Source of the DNA: Sphyrna mokarran
Taxonomy: Eukaryota
Assembly (NCBI GenBank): GCA_024679065.1
Contig: JAGIQG010000023.1
Coordinates: 26,536,001 to 26,600,000 of the forward strand
Reading direction: 5' to 3'
Length of the DNA stretch: 64,000 bases
Within the stretch, counting starts at the first letter, position 1. Every line of letters starts with the position of its first letter. The translations under genes were made by a program, and so were the position numbers. Below, one piece after another: positions 49,700 through 62,455 of the stretch. Below the pieces are notes generated by a model. The model ran no database searches. It was not told the DNA's origin and saw nothing but the letters and a program-made list of their open reading frames with translations.

Positions 49700-50021
49700 T
49701 CAGAATCGTAGAATCCCCACAGTTTAGGAGGAGGCCATTCGGCTATTCAAGCCTGCATCAATCACAATCCCCCCAGGCCCTATCCCTGTAACCCCACATA
49801 TTTACCCTGCTAATCCCTCGATATTAAGGTGCAATTTAGCATGGCCAATCAGCCTAACCCATACGTCTTAGGACTGTGGGAGGAAACCAGTGCATCCGGA
49901 GGAAACCCATGCAAACACAGGGAAAACATGAAGATTCCATACACATACAGTGACCGAAGCTGGGAATTGAACCCGAGTCCCTGGTGCTATGAGGCAACAG
50001 TGCTAACCACTGTGCCACCAC
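49700..50021 (-). mobile_element. HE1-type V-SINE
   Basis: gaggccattcggc...ggaggaaacc...gtgctaaccactgtgccacc. Confidence 0.85.
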
Positions 50022-50847
50022 GACACACATGTCTCATGGCACAACTCACAGATGGGGAGTTGTCCTAATGTATTTGTGCCTCAGCTAACACCACAAAAAA
50101 AAAGTAAATGGTCGTTTGTTTAATTCCACTTTTCGGAATGTTGCAGGCGCATATCAGTTCCAATATCTCCCAGTATTTATTGCACTCCACATGCAATGAA
50201 TTGTGCCAAATGCATTGCACTGTAAAACATAATGGGTTATGTTTCAGTTTGCTGCCCAGACATAACTGGCACTCTACATAGGTCAGCAGTTTGAGGAAGT
50301 ACCTCACTTTCATTGCTTTTTCATTGGTTTCTATAACGGCCAGCCAATCCACTGCATCAGTTTTAGGCCCAAATGTAATTTGAAGATTTGCCCCCAATAA
50401 ATCATGGACACACGTTACTTGAGCAAAACTAGAGCTGGTGCCTGCAGCTTTGAACAGCTGAACAACTTTTGATTTACACGGTTGGATTGTAGCAACATGT
50501 GGTTTGTGTGGTATTATAAGTGGGGCATACAAATGTGTCTTGGCTGAACTCCCATTCATTTTAAAAAGGAGTTGAAGTGATAGCAATGTTTTTTTCTTAA
50601 ATTGAGGGATGTGATCAAACTTGTTTTTAAAATTAGTGGTCAGGATTTTCCAGTGTCATTTTTGACTGGAACTATCACAAGCAGGAATAAAAAGTTTGAA
50701 GTAGCAGTCAAAAAAGTCCATTGATTTTTGGAAGAATCAAATCATTCTGCCCAATACCTTTTCTCACATTTCCTGTTTATAGTTCTAATTTGTTACTCAT
50801 TTGAACCAGGAATGTGATAGTGTGAAACAGAAATTTGCATTCAGATA

Positions 50848-51890
50848 GTATGAACATACGAATTAGGAGCTAAAGTTGGCCACTCAGCCCCTCAAGCCTG
50901 CTCCACCATTCAATAAGAGCATGGCTAATCTGATTGTAACTGTAATCCCACATTTCTACCTATCGCAAATAAACCTCTTGTTAATCAAGTATCTATCTAG
51001 CTCTGCATTAAAAATATTCAAAGCCTCTGCTTCCACTGCCTTTTGAGGAAGAAAGTTCCAGAGACTCATGACTCTCTGAGAGGAAGAGATTCTCCTCACC
51101 TCTGTCTTCAGTGAATAACATGTTATTTTAAACAATGACTTCCAATTCCAGATTCTCTGACAAAAGAAAACATTCTCTCCACATCTACGCTATGAATAAA
51201 GCTTGGAGTCTTAAATGTTTCCATCAAGTTACCTTGTACTCTTCTAACTTTAGTACATACAAACTTAACTTCTCCAACTTTTACTCATAAGACAATCTGC
51301 TCATTTCTTCTGGTATACATCTAGTAAACCTTCTCTAAATTGCTTCTAATGCATTTACATTTCCCTTAAATAAGGAGAACAGTATTGTACACAATACTTC
51401 AGATGTGATCTTACCAATGCCCCATATAACTAAATCATCACCTGTCAAATTTGAAAACAATTTCCCTCACAACAAATGAAAGTAATTACTTTCTATACAG
51501 TAGGTATATTCTTTTTATGATTCATGAGCTATGACTCCAGATCCTTCTGCATCCCTCGCATTTACTCACATTATACTTCATTTGCCAGATTTGTGCCCTC
51601 TTACTTAACCTATTTCTATCACTTTGTGGCCACCTTACTTCCTCTTCACAGTTCATCCTCCTACCTATCTTTGTGTCATCAGCGAATTTAGCAACCGCAC
51701 TTTTGGCCCCTTCAGCCAAGTAGTTTGTAAAAAGTTGAGGCTCCACCTTGATCCCAGTGATATACCGTTCACCAGATCCTGACAACCAGAAAAAGAACCA
51801 TTTATGCCAACTCTTGTTTCCACTTTAGCCAGCCAATCTTCAATTCATACCAATATTAATCCTCCCCACACCATGAGCTTTTACTTTCTG
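50848..51890 (-). mobile_element. CR1 LINE 3' portion, decayed
   Basis: ORF 51522-51785 VAKFADDTKIG...W QMKYNVSKCE; atgaacatacgaattaggagc tail. Confidence 0.85.
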
Positions 51891-52154
51891 CCGAGGTAGT
51901 GAAGTATGATGAGCACTACAGTGTTCTGGACAAAATCATGGTTAAAATAGATAGTCTCCGGAAGTGGGCATAGGGATCACCATGCGCTATTAACCCACAT
52001 CTGTCTGTAGTAATGCAGGCATCATGGTGTCTTAATGCTGCCTGCTGATTATCATAATTACTACAGCCAGTTCTAACTATGCTGTTCAGTGGTCTTAGTG
52101 TCAACAGGGGGTTAAGAATCATTACTTGCTTAGCATTATTCAGCACTATTGTTA

Positions 52155-52827
52155 CAATGGCATAATAGTTAATACTGCTGTCTCACAGTGTCAGGGACCG
52201 GAGTTCAATTCCAGCCATGGTTTACTGCTTGTGTGGAGTGTACACATATACTCTGTTCTGCGTGGGTTTCCTCCTGGTGTTCTGGTTTCCTTCCACAGTC
52301 CAAAGATGTGCAGATTGAATGGATTTGCCATGCTAAATTTCCTCTTAGTGTCCCAAGATGTGTAGGTTAGGGGCATTAGCGGAGTAAATACATGGGGTTG
52401 CGGGGATAGGACAGGGGGTGGGCTTCAATAAGATGTTCCGTCAGAGAGCCAGTGCAGACTCGATGGGCTGAATGGGCTACTTAGAATCATAAAATCCCTA
52501 CTGTGCAGAAAGAAGCCACTTGGCCCATCGAGTCTACGCTGACAACAATCCCACCCAGGCTTATTCCCATAATCCCTCATATTTACCCTGCCAATCCTTC
52601 TAACACTAGGGTCAGTTTAGCGTGGCTAATCAACCTAATCCACACATCTTTGGACTGTGGGAGGAAACCGGGGCACCCAGAGGAAACCCACGCAGACATG
52701 GAGAAAATGTGCAAGCTCCACGCAGGCAGTGACCTCAGGCTGGAATTGGACCCTGGTCCCTCGTGCTGTGAGGCAGCAGTGCTAACCATTGTGCCACCAT
52801 GCTTCTGCACTGTAGAAATTCTATGCT
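52155..52827. mobile_element. + strand HE1 with a minus-strand HE1 (52482-52801) inserted in its tail
   Basis: + tail breaks at gggctgaatgggctact and resumes cttctgcactgtagaaattctatg after the inverted copy. Confidence 0.85.
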
Positions 52828-52996
52828 AAAACTAGTCTGCAAGTCTGAAAATGGGAGGTGCGTGGTGGCCATCAGAGATGCAGACATCTTTCAAATGGTG
52901 TCTGTAAGTGGGAAGCCCTGTGGAGACAAAGGCTGAATGAAATAATCTGCATTTTTTGTCAAACATCTGTCTCTAACTCTTGATGTTTTTCAACAG

Positions 52997-53116
52997 GTTT
53001 TTAGATTATTTATCAGATCTGTGTGTGTCCAACAACGTTGCTATTCCAGTAACGCAGGAGCTGATTTGTAAATGTGTGCTGGATCCTCAGAATCAAGATA
53101 TTCTGATAAAAACTGA
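52997..53116 (+). CDS. ITPR3: ITPR3 exon (approx. 17)
   Basis: tttcaacag / gtgagt; 120 nt = (R)[39 protein letters not shown](E). Confidence 0.96.
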
Positions 53117-53598
53117 GTGAGTGATGGCTTTTTTTCTCGGCAGCATGTCCTGTGTTTTTGCTTTTTTGTTTTGTAACAGAATTATGCTGATTCACATCCT
53201 GAATGAAGCAAATAAGTTTGTGCATGAGGTTTGCGTTGCTTAATGAAAAGGACAAAAACCTTTCTTTACACAACTCATACAAATGTCATTGTGTTTTCCC
53301 AGTATTTCTGATTCCTCTAATCAATCATCTGCGTTAACTTTGGCATGCACCTTAAATAAACATTGCACCATGTTCACAAAGTGTTCCTGTAGCTGTCAGT
53401 TTGTAAATGCAGTGTGTTCCTTTTTCAAAAAAAGCAAAGATGACTAACCCTGAAATATGTTCTAATGTATGCTGGTGACCAGCGTGTTGGTCTCAGAGTC
53501 TTTGATAATGTTTCTCTTTCATGAGTTTTGGGGTGCAAATCAGATTGAGTTTGACTCTTCTCATGTTCCAGAATGCTTTAACAGCTTATGTTAGGGAA

Positions 53599-53759
53599 CA
53601 TGAGAGGTCAGACGATACCAGGTTATAATCCAACGCCTCATGAAGGAGCAGCGCTGTAAAAACTTGTGATTTCAAATGTAGTCGTTAGACTATAACCTGG
53701 TGTCGCATGACCTCTTATCTTGTCCATCCTGGTCCTACACTGGCATCTCCACACCACAA
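53599..53759. mobile_element. Penelope-like hairpin mini-insertion with 9-bp TSD
   Basis: gttagggaa at 53590-53598 and 53760-53768; inverted arms gaggtca..accaggttata / tataacctggt..tgacctc; decayed hammerhead core. Confidence 0.68.
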
Positions 53760-53768
53760 GTTAGGGAA

Positions 53769-54111
53769 TAGAATCATAGAACCCTGCAGTGCAGAAAGAG
53801 GTCCTTCAGCTCATTGAGTCTGCACCAACCACAATCCCACGCAGACTTTACTCCCAAATCCCTACACATTTACCCACTAATCCCTCAAACCAACGCATCT
53901 CAGGATGCCAAGGGGCAATTTTAGCATGGCCAATCAACCTAACCTGCACATCTTTGGACTGTGGGAGGAAACCGGAGCACCTGGAGGAAACCCACGCAGA
54001 CACGAGGAGAATGTGCAAACTCCACACAGACAGTGATCCGAGCCAGGAGTAGAACCCAGGTTCCTGGAGCTGTGAAGCAGCAGTGCTAACCACTGTGCTA
54101 CCATGCCGCCC
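53769..54111 (-). mobile_element. HE1-type V-SINE, well preserved
   Basis: ggaaaccggagcacctggaggaaacccacgcagacacg...ccactgtgctaccatgccgccc. Confidence 0.9.
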
Positions 54112-55104
54112 CACATAATCACCCACTCCAGAGGCCGCACAAGTGAAATGGCTGAAAGCAAAACTGCAATATAATGCACTTGTATGCTTTCCTTACTTGG
54201 AGTTAAGACACGTTGTCAAAGCTGCAGAAGCAGTTCAGTGTTGCCCCTTTTTGGAATATACCTTTAAGGGATGGCAGCATGGCATTACATTCAGGGAAAT
54301 ATGTCCTGTGATCCAGTGTCAGTTTCACTTTAGTTTGGAGCACACACAGCTCTGCAGCTGATGGATGAGATCCTCTGGCTTTCCCTCGGTGTTTTTCTTG
54401 GTGGGTGAAGGTGTGTGCATTCTCTAGTGGCAGGATCCTCTGGTTCTGCTGCTGTCAGTGGGATTTCCCATTGAATCCACCACATGCTGCCAGAAGACTT
54501 GCAGCAGGTGGTGCAATGTTGGTGGGACCGGAGAATCCCACCAGCACAAATGGCTGGAGAATTCCAGCGGATGTCTTCAAGCTCCCTATCCACGTGTAAC
54601 TGTTTTCTTGTATCTAATCTTAGTAAAAGAATCCAAAAAGTATTTATACAATTTCTTGTGAGGGATTGGTGCATTTATCATTCTAATAACATGACAGTTG
54701 ACCTGTCGTACCTCGTCTGGGAGTGTCTGCGTGCTTTTGTGCTCATGCCTTTGTTTTATTCTTAATTGTTTCCAAGCAAACAGAGTTTTGTTTAAACCAT
54801 TTTTCACTGCTTTCCAAAGCTCTTGCAAACAAACAGAAGAAACTCCAACAAAATTAACCTTTTAGCTTTAGACATGGCAAGCAGTAGAAATGAAGTAAGA
54901 ATCGATTGGGAACATAGGAACAACCTCTTCAATCTATTCTACCATTCAGTAAGACCATAGTTGATTTGTATTTTAACTCCGTTTGTTCCATAATCCTTAA
55001 TTCTCTTGAGCAATATCCCACCCACAGCAGTCAGTTGGGGTGAGTGTGTTGGTGAGGGTGAGTAACCCTGAGCTTGAGAGTGAGTTAGATTCCTGCACAC
55101 AAAC

Positions 55105-55262
55105 NNNNNNNNNNNNNNNNNNNNNNNNNNNNNNNNNNNNNNNNNNNNNNNNNNNNNNNNNNNNNNNNNNNNNNNNNNNNNNNNNNNNNNNNNNNNNNNN
55201 NNNNNNNNNNNNNNNNNNNNNNNNNNNNNNNNNNNNNNNNNNNNNNNNNNNNNNNNNNNNNN
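55105..55262. other. assembly gap (158 N) bordered by CA-rich low-complexity sequence
   Basis: run of N; degenerate (CA)n at 55263-55400. Confidence 0.99.
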
Positions 55263-56519
55263 TCACACACACACTCTAAATCATACACATTCTCTCGTTC
55301 ACAAACACGTACACACATTCTCATTCATATACACACTCACTCATGTATGCATACATGCACACACCCACTGTCATGCATACACTCTCTGATTCAACACAGA
55401 CACTTGATCCTTGTTTGGCAGTCACTTTCCCCATGCCAGGTCACCACTTTGACTCCCCATTCTGCCCAGTAGACTGACTCCACTCAGTGTCTGGTTCTCT
55501 CCCAGGTTTGCTGCTGATGGCTCATTACTGATCCTAGCAGCAGCAAACATGAGAGAGAAATGGCCTGTGATTGGAAGAGCACTTCTTTGAAGAATCTTTG
55601 AGTTCACTTACTGACATTTTGAACATGGGGTTCGAGCAAAACAGAGATGGTGCAGGTGCTGGCCTGTGGGCCCTGAGTTGCATAAGCCTGCCTTGGATGG
55701 TACTCACTGCTACTGATGTGCGTTGAAGATGAGGGAAGTGAAATGGAGACTGATGGAATTCAACAATATGTAGAGCTCCAATGCTCCACTGACAACAGGA
55801 TCAACACAGTTCTTTTAAAAAAAATGGAATTGAAAATTGGAGGCCTAGAAGTTTTGTACAAAATTGATTTGTTTTCTGGACTCATTTTTGTATTTCAAGT
55901 TCAATAGCTTAATGATGTTTCAGGCTAAACACCATCTGGACTCATGCTTCATTTTGTGAAGCCCAGGTGTAACAAAGATGGATATAAATGCTTCATCAAA
56001 TGGCAGTGTTATTTTTCTGTCTTTTTCCCTTGTTTTTTCTACTAAAAGGACTCATATTCATATATAATACTCAGAGCATAATAGCTTGAGACTGACATAG
56101 CTACACAATGTTCTCTGGTTGACAAATATAAATTGTTCTGAAATGCTGGTTAGTCAATGTCTAGCAAAACTTGTCTCGCTTCCAGTTGGCATTTCTTCAT
56201 CTTCATTATCCTGGCATGGCTGGCCAGTCTTATGCATTACTGGCATGTCACATTGTGAGGTGTTGCTGACAATTAACAGGGAGCATCTCAAGCTCTGCAT
56301 TAAAAGCTTGCAACATATCAATTTCTGTGACTAATCGCGAGGCGCATATTGCAGCTTAATAAATTGAATGTGAGATTGTTGGTGAGCCTACATTATCCAC
56401 AATTTGAAGGAGACACCAAGTGCTCTTTATTAAAACAGTTCATAGAATGAGCTTCATATGTTACAAGCGAAGGGAAGCCTGCATGCAAAATTGCAAATAA
56501 AATCAATGTGGATACAAAA

Positions 56520-56800
56520 CGCCAGGTTGTGGTCTCATCTTCCTACTCAAGTGGATATGTCTCTATTCAAAGAAGAACAGTCACTTCTCTTGATGACTTG
56601 ACCAAATTCCCATCTCAAGCAACACTTCCTCAATGGATTATCTGGTTGTTCATTTGATTACTGTTTGTGGGACCTTGATGTGTACAAACAGGACGACACC
56701 TATCTACAAAACAACCAGAACTCATGTGCAGTGTAAAGCATTTTAACACTTCCTGAGACCATAAGGTACAACATAGATGCCATTGCAAGTTTTAACCTTT
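56520..56800 (+). mobile_element. ancient DeuSINE (SacSINE1/AmnSINE1-like Deu domain and tail)
   Basis: ctattcaaagaagaacag...ggattatctggttgttcatttgattactgtttgtgggaccttgatgtgtacaaa...gtaaagcatttt...cctgag resembles the recalled Deu-domain consensus. Confidence 0.62.
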
Positions 56801-56869
56801 TCTTTCCCTTTTTGCAAATGCAGTATAAGGCACAGAGAAGTTAAATGCTCGTTTTCATTTTGTTTACAG

Positions 56870-57052
56870 ATTAAGGCCAGTGAAGGAGATGTCTCAGTCA
56901 CCAGAGTACATGAGTATGGAGTACTTTGATGAGGAAGTTTGGTTAATTTGGACAGACAAAATGAATGAAATCCAGGAGAAGAGCATCAGACAGTTAGCTC
57001 AAGAGGCCAGAGCTGGCAATGTTCACGATGAAAATGTCTTGGCTTATTACAG
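56870..57052 (+). CDS. ITPR3: ITPR3 exon (approx. 18)
   Basis: tgtttacag / gtaatt; 183 nt = (E)LRPVKEMSQSPEYMSMEYFDEEVWLIWTDKMNEIQEKSIRQLAQEARAGNVHDENVLAYY(R); LRPVKEM is type-3-like. Confidence 0.96.
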
Positions 57053-57269
57053 GTAATTAGCAAATCATTTATTAAAATAATTCACTTTTTTTTTAATAAA
57101 GGTACATTGAGAAGCAGCATCTTGTCAAAGAATAATGCTTCAAATGCTTTAATAAATTTGTGAGGTGATCTAATCATTGTTGCAACAAACCTAACGCTGA
57201 CAGTGCTTGCGCTCCTAATGGGCAAGACTGCCTGGCCAACAGGAGTAGGCATCTTAATGGTGAATAATT

Positions 57270-57555
57270 TAATTCGTTGTAGGATGTGGATGTCAGTGGC
57301 TAGGTCAGTATTTATTGCTTACTCTTGTTGCCCTTGAGAAGTAGTGGTAAGCTTCTTTCTTGAGCTTTTGAAGTGAAGGTACACCCATTGTGCCGTAGAG
57401 AGGGAATTCAGCATTTTGACCAAATGCTGATATATTTCCAAGTCAGGATGATGAGTGGTTTGGAGGGGAACCTTCAGGTAGTTGTATTCCCAATCTGGTG
57501 GCCTGGTCCTTCAAGACAGTAGCAGTGGTGGGATGGTCGGTGCTACCTAAGGGAC
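57270..57555 (-). mobile_element. LINE 3' end sharing its tail with the second SINE family
   Basis: ggatgtggatgtcagtggctaggtcagtatttattgc...gcccttgagaag matches the SINE tails at about 4010-4065 and 42345-42400, then diverges. Confidence 0.55.
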
Positions 57556-57847
57556 TTCGGTGAAAGTTCATTTTTTTAATTGATTGGATCAATTTTGTTG
57601 ATATTGCTTTATTAACATCTTCATTCTTACAATAATTATTGTTGTTGCCTATACTAGACCTATTTTGCATCGAAACACTCTTATTTCCAAACTCATTAGT
57701 ATTTGTTCTCAGCATTTCAGCAACACTGGCAATGTTACTTGTATTGTCCGTCCCTTGTTCCCTGAACTGAATATTTTTAAGGATATTTGAAAGGGCCATA
57801 ATCCTCAGCGACATTATTTTGGTCCGAGTCATAGATACACTTCCTTT

Positions 57848-58096
57848 GTAGAACCTTATGGTGTAGAAGGAGGCCATTCGGCCCATCACGTCTGCACTGA
57901 CCACAATCCAACCTAGGCTGTATCTCCAAAACCCCATGCATTTACTGTAACTAGTCCCATTGACACTAAGGGGCAAATTAGCATGACCAATCCACCTCCC
58001 CTGCACATCCTTGAACTGTGGGTGGAAACCAGAGCACCCAGAGGAAACCCATACAGGCATGGCAACAATGTGCAAACTCCATACAGACAGTGACCA
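57848..58096 (-). mobile_element. HE1 SINE, 5'-truncated
   Basis: gaaggaggccattcggcccatc...cagacagtgacc. Confidence 0.82.
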
Positions 58097-58762
58097 AAAA
58101 TTCTCCTTAAATAGAATTCATTATTTTTGCTTTCAAGATCATTCTGTTTGCTGCCAGCCCCTACTGGCCAAATTAATTGAATTCAATATAACAGTTTGGT
58201 CTAAACCCTTGAACATATGACCAAAGCGTTGCTAGTACTTTAATGTGCAAACTCCTCAGAGAACATAGAACCCATTATTTCATCATGTCTGCATTGGCTC
58301 TTTGCTAGTACAATTCAATACTAATCCACATGTCCTGCTCCTTCTCCATAACTTTGTCTCTTCTGTTTCAAACTTTTATCCAATTTCCTGGAAAGACGCA
58401 AGAGTCTTTGGCTACTCCAGTTCCTGTGACAAAGCATTCTGTGCTAAATTACATTCCTCCTAACCTCTCCCCTCAATCTATTTTTTATGTTTCTATAGCT
58501 CTTGTAGCTAAAGGGATCAAAGGATATGGGAAGAGGGAGGTGAGACCAGGATATTGAATTTGATGATCAGTCATGATCAAAATGAATGGTGGAGCAGGCT
58601 TCAAGGGCGAAGGTCTTACTTCTATTTTCTACGTTTCTATGTTTCTGCTTGTGATAATATTAAGCTGAAGGCCACACGTCACTATCTCACCAGCTGAAGG
58701 AAATAACATGTTCCATTCTTATTTAAATCTTTTCATACCTGTTCAATCTCCAGTTCAGTTTC

Positions 58763-59641
58763 TCTCAGGATCTCTCGGTTCTAGCGATTTTATGACACCC
58801 GGATTTCTGGCAAGGTCAGCCTCTCACCAGAAATGGTCGAGAGGCTGAATAATTTACTTAAATTTATTATAATGTTCATTTACATGTGCTTAATGAACCC
58901 TGTGTGCAATTATCCGGGCTCACTTTCCTTTATAGTCACGCCGGGAGAGGTTCTGTCCAACAAGAAAAACACCTGCTCTCCACAAATGGGGAATAGTCCT
59001 GTTGGCCTCAAGTGGAACTGAGAACCCCTCACTCCCCCACCCCCAGGAGGCAGAGGGAAAACTGGAGTACCCTCTGGGCAGTGCTAGTGCCCACTGGTAG
59101 TGTTGAGGTGAGGCCTATAGGGCAGGGTATGAAGGAGAGTTCCAGGGGGGTGAGGGGAGGGAGCCTACTGCACACTCTGCATCAGGATCGGGACGGGGAG
59201 AGGAAGGCTGCTGCTACACTGTAATCATGAATGGATTGGGGGAGGGTGAGATCGGTCTGAGCAGCAGGGACCAGATGCCCACGCACCATGGGACTTGCAA
59301 CTGGCCGTGCGCACCCCCCTCAATTACAGTGGTGCAAGGGAGCTGGATGAGGCTGCCTGCACTTGCAGGGGCCTGACAGTTCTGTCTCTGTGAGACCCCA
59401 ACAGTTGCTATTGAGCATCTGCAGAATCGGAGATCTGCACATGCGCAGTAGCTTCCTTTACAGGCTCCCTGACTAAGTCAGCCCAGCCCACTGCCAGCAG
59501 CAGTTAGAAACAGTCTGCACCATTTTTTTCAGTGACTAAGTGCATAAAATTCGGCGTGGAAGCTCACCCAAAAGCGGATCAGGAACTCTGTCATTTCCAA
59601 GCTAACTGGACACTTAGAATCTATCTCACAAAATTCGGCCC
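58763..59641. mobile_element. putative non-autonomous DNA transposon, related to 24811-25887
   Basis: GC-rich block ending aaaattcggccc; shared internal motifs with the 24811 element. Confidence 0.45.
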
Positions 59642-60894
59642 TCAGTCTCTCTCTTCATACCTTTAATCTCACATACTGACTTCCCCCTTGTGGATCTGTG
59701 ACATATTCAGTCCATGATTTTAATGTTGTTTCTATACAGAGTCAGACAAAACTGCACGCAGTAGCCTAACTATGACCTAAATAATGTTTGATATAAATTC
59801 GTTGTTACGTTTTTTGTGCTCTCTACGCCCATTTTTATAACCCAACATTGAATTATCCTTTGATTTTTAAAACATTTGTACATTTAGGGAATTCTGTATT
59901 TGAAACTTCGGTGGTTTTCCAGTTTCCTTCTATGCCCATTCTTGTTTCTTGCCCAAATGTATTAATTCTTATTTATCCATTGGAAGTTGTTTTAGCTTGC
60001 TGTTTGCTCATTCTCCTCACTTTCTTACAACTGCTTGAATATTTTGCTCGCCATTTATCAAACCTACTCTTCTGCATTAGCACATTTTAAGATAGAGTTC
60101 GCTGCAACTAAATCATCCATGTGTGCAAGAATATAAGAAGGTGCCTTCTGGGATGCATCATTTTCAATGCTTCCCAAGTCCCACCCACATTGGGACCCTA
60201 CCCTCACTGTCTGTTTTCTGGTCATCAGCCAACTCGCAGTTCTGTTGCACGTCCTAGTTTATACTAGATGCAGAATATTACATTCTCTGGAATATTACAT
60301 TCTCTGGAAGTAGGTTTGCAAATAAAGAGGCCTGTAAAATTCCACAGGGAGGGCTCCCACCACACTCTCATTGACTCCATCTGGTCTGATTTTGCAGGGG
60401 TGAGGGTAAGGCTGAGGGCATCTCACCCACCCTCACCCCATTTGAGGACTCTTAAGTAGCGAATTAACTGGCCTCTTCCCAACACTTCTGTTTCTTGCCT
60501 TTCCCCTGCCCGTCTCCCCTCCCCATCCCTCCCATTCTCTGACTCTATCTTGCACTCTATGTCTCACCCTCTCAGTGACCTCTCACTTCCCCCAGCCCTA
60601 CTGCTTGCCATTTCTTTCATCAAACATTCTGCTTGCTGACTCTCCCACCTGGCACCCCCTGTCACCCTCCCATTCCCACCATTGCGACTTCATTCTCTTG
60701 AATTTTCATTGTGAGCAAGGATTTGGGAATAGCTTGATGAGAGGGTAGGAACTGTGAATTAGAAGATTGAGGCGTAGGACAGAGGAAGCAGAAGAAAGAT
60801 GGTGAGAGGCAAAGAGGCAAGTGGTAGAAAGAGTGGGAAGTGAGAGGAGGAGAATCAGAGGGGAAAGAGGTGTCAAGTGAGAAAGCGGTGCTGA

Positions 60895-61118
60895 TCCTTT
60901 AACTTATGCACCTTTGGAAACCAAGGAACAATTTTACCATAGCCAAGCCACCTAACCTGCATACCTTTGGACTGTGGGACGAAACCCAAGCACCCAGAGG
61001 AAACCCAGACAGACATGGGGAGAATGCACAGACCCTGCACAGACAATGACCCAAGCCAGGAATGGAACCCAGATCTCTGACACTGGGAGACAGCAATGCT
61101 CACCACTGTGCTACCATC
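60895..61118 (-). mobile_element. HE1 SINE 5' part
   Basis: ggactgtgggacgaaacccaagcacccagaggaaacc...ccactgtgctacc. Confidence 0.8.
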
Positions 61119-61569
61119 TCATCATTCCCTTCTCCAAACTATTCCATTTTACTTTGAATTAAAGGAGACATCTTAAAACATAACTCGTATAAAGTCCAGT
61201 ATTTATAACAAAATCTTAATTCCAGACATCACCAAATCAGCTACTGGCTGATTTTTTTTGGTCTGTTCTTTTACTGTGGTGATATATACAATTCCCCCAA
61301 ATAGATATTTGAGTGACTAGGTGTAATGATGTTATCTAATGCAGTTCTATAAAGAATAAAGCTTCTGTTTGGATGGTCTCAATTGAGTTCCGAATGGACA
61401 TGACCCTTAATACAAAGCTACAAACGTTGACAGTATTACACAGGCTTTGCAAAACGGCTGGTGTTGAAAGTGAAAAAATGCAGTGGAAGAGTTCAGGCTA
61501 AAAGATGTTGTTGGCATAAAAGAATGTTTCTAAAGTATATTTTAATATGTCCCAATGTTTGTGTTTTAG

Positions 61570-61821
61570 GTATCAGCTGAAGCTCTTTGCAAGGATCTGT
61601 CTAGATCGTCAATATTTGGCAATTGATGAGATTTCCAAGCAGCTGAGTGTGGATTTGATATTTCTGTGCATGGCTGATGAAACATTACCATTCGATATAC
61701 GGGCTTCATTCTGCAATCTGATGTTGCATGTCCATGTAGACCGCGACCCCCAGGAACTAGTAACATCAGTGAAATTTGCTCGACTATGGACTGAAATACC
61801 GACAACAATTACTATCAAAGA
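61570..61821 (+). CDS. ITPR3: ITPR3 exon (approx. 19)
   Basis: gttttag / gtaaga; 252 nt = (R)[83 protein letters not shown]. Confidence 0.96.
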
Positions 61822-62004
61822 GTAAGACTATTTTTATTTATCTCAGTTGACTTATGATGTAATGGGCGAGATTTTCCAGTCTTGATTGCTCCAAAACTAG
61901 AAAATTCTGCCCAAAGTCCACAGATCTTCCCATGGTCCACCTCCCGCCTATGATTCCCGTAGCCTGATGGACAGTAAAATTTGGCTCTATGACTGTATAA
62001 CATC

Positions 62005-62455
62005 CTAGACATAGAATCCCTACAGGCATTTGGCCCATCAAGTCTGCATCAATTCTCTCTCTGACAGTATCCCAAGGCCCTCTAGCCATCCTACCCTCAT
62101 AATCCTGCATGTTTAGCAAGTGGGGTCTTTAGCAATCCACCTAAACTGCTTCACAGCGCTAGGGACCTGGGATTAATTCCTGGCTGTCTGTGTGGAGTTT
62201 GCACATTCTCCTCGTGTCTGCTTCAGTTTTCTCCTACAGTCCAAACCGTCAAAGCCCACCTGAGGTCAACAGATCTGCCCCTCACCTGCTCCAATCCCAT
62301 GGGGAAAATGTGGAAACTCCAATAGACCGAGGGATGAAATTGGAGTGTATGGAGGAAACCCACGCAGACATGGGAAAAATATGCACATAGAGAGTCAGGA
62401 ATTGAACCCAGGTACCTGGCACTGTGAGGCAGCAAGTGCTAACCATTGTGCTGTC
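62005..62455. mobile_element. mosaic of a minus-strand HE1, an inverted HE1 fragment and a MITE-like fragment
   Basis: minus tail 62005-62145, + head fragment 62146-62245, tgaggtcaac MITE motif, minus head 62335-62455. Confidence 0.65.

Noticed and set aside
50065-50586. 173-aa minus-strand ORF (also 1892-2323 and 17791-18177)
   Set aside because: No protein motifs, no convincing splice or start context, intronic composition.
54997-55324. ORFs spanning X residues
   Set aside because: Artefact of the N gap. No ITPR3 exon appears missing there, because exons 17 and 18 join in frame (KT-E-LRPVK).
57443-58075. 210-aa minus-strand ORF
   Set aside because: Chance read-through of a HE1 SINE, AT-rich intron and a LINE tail; no recognisable domain.
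60273-60309. Short direct repeats (gaatattacattctctg x2; also near 21268 and 44357) as a CRISPR-like array
   Set aside because: Two-unit slippage duplications without spacers in a vertebrate intron.
5623-61821. Assignment to ITPR1 or ITPR2
   Set aside because: Diagnostic segments ([56 protein letters not shown]) match recalled ITPR3; a phylogeny would confirm.
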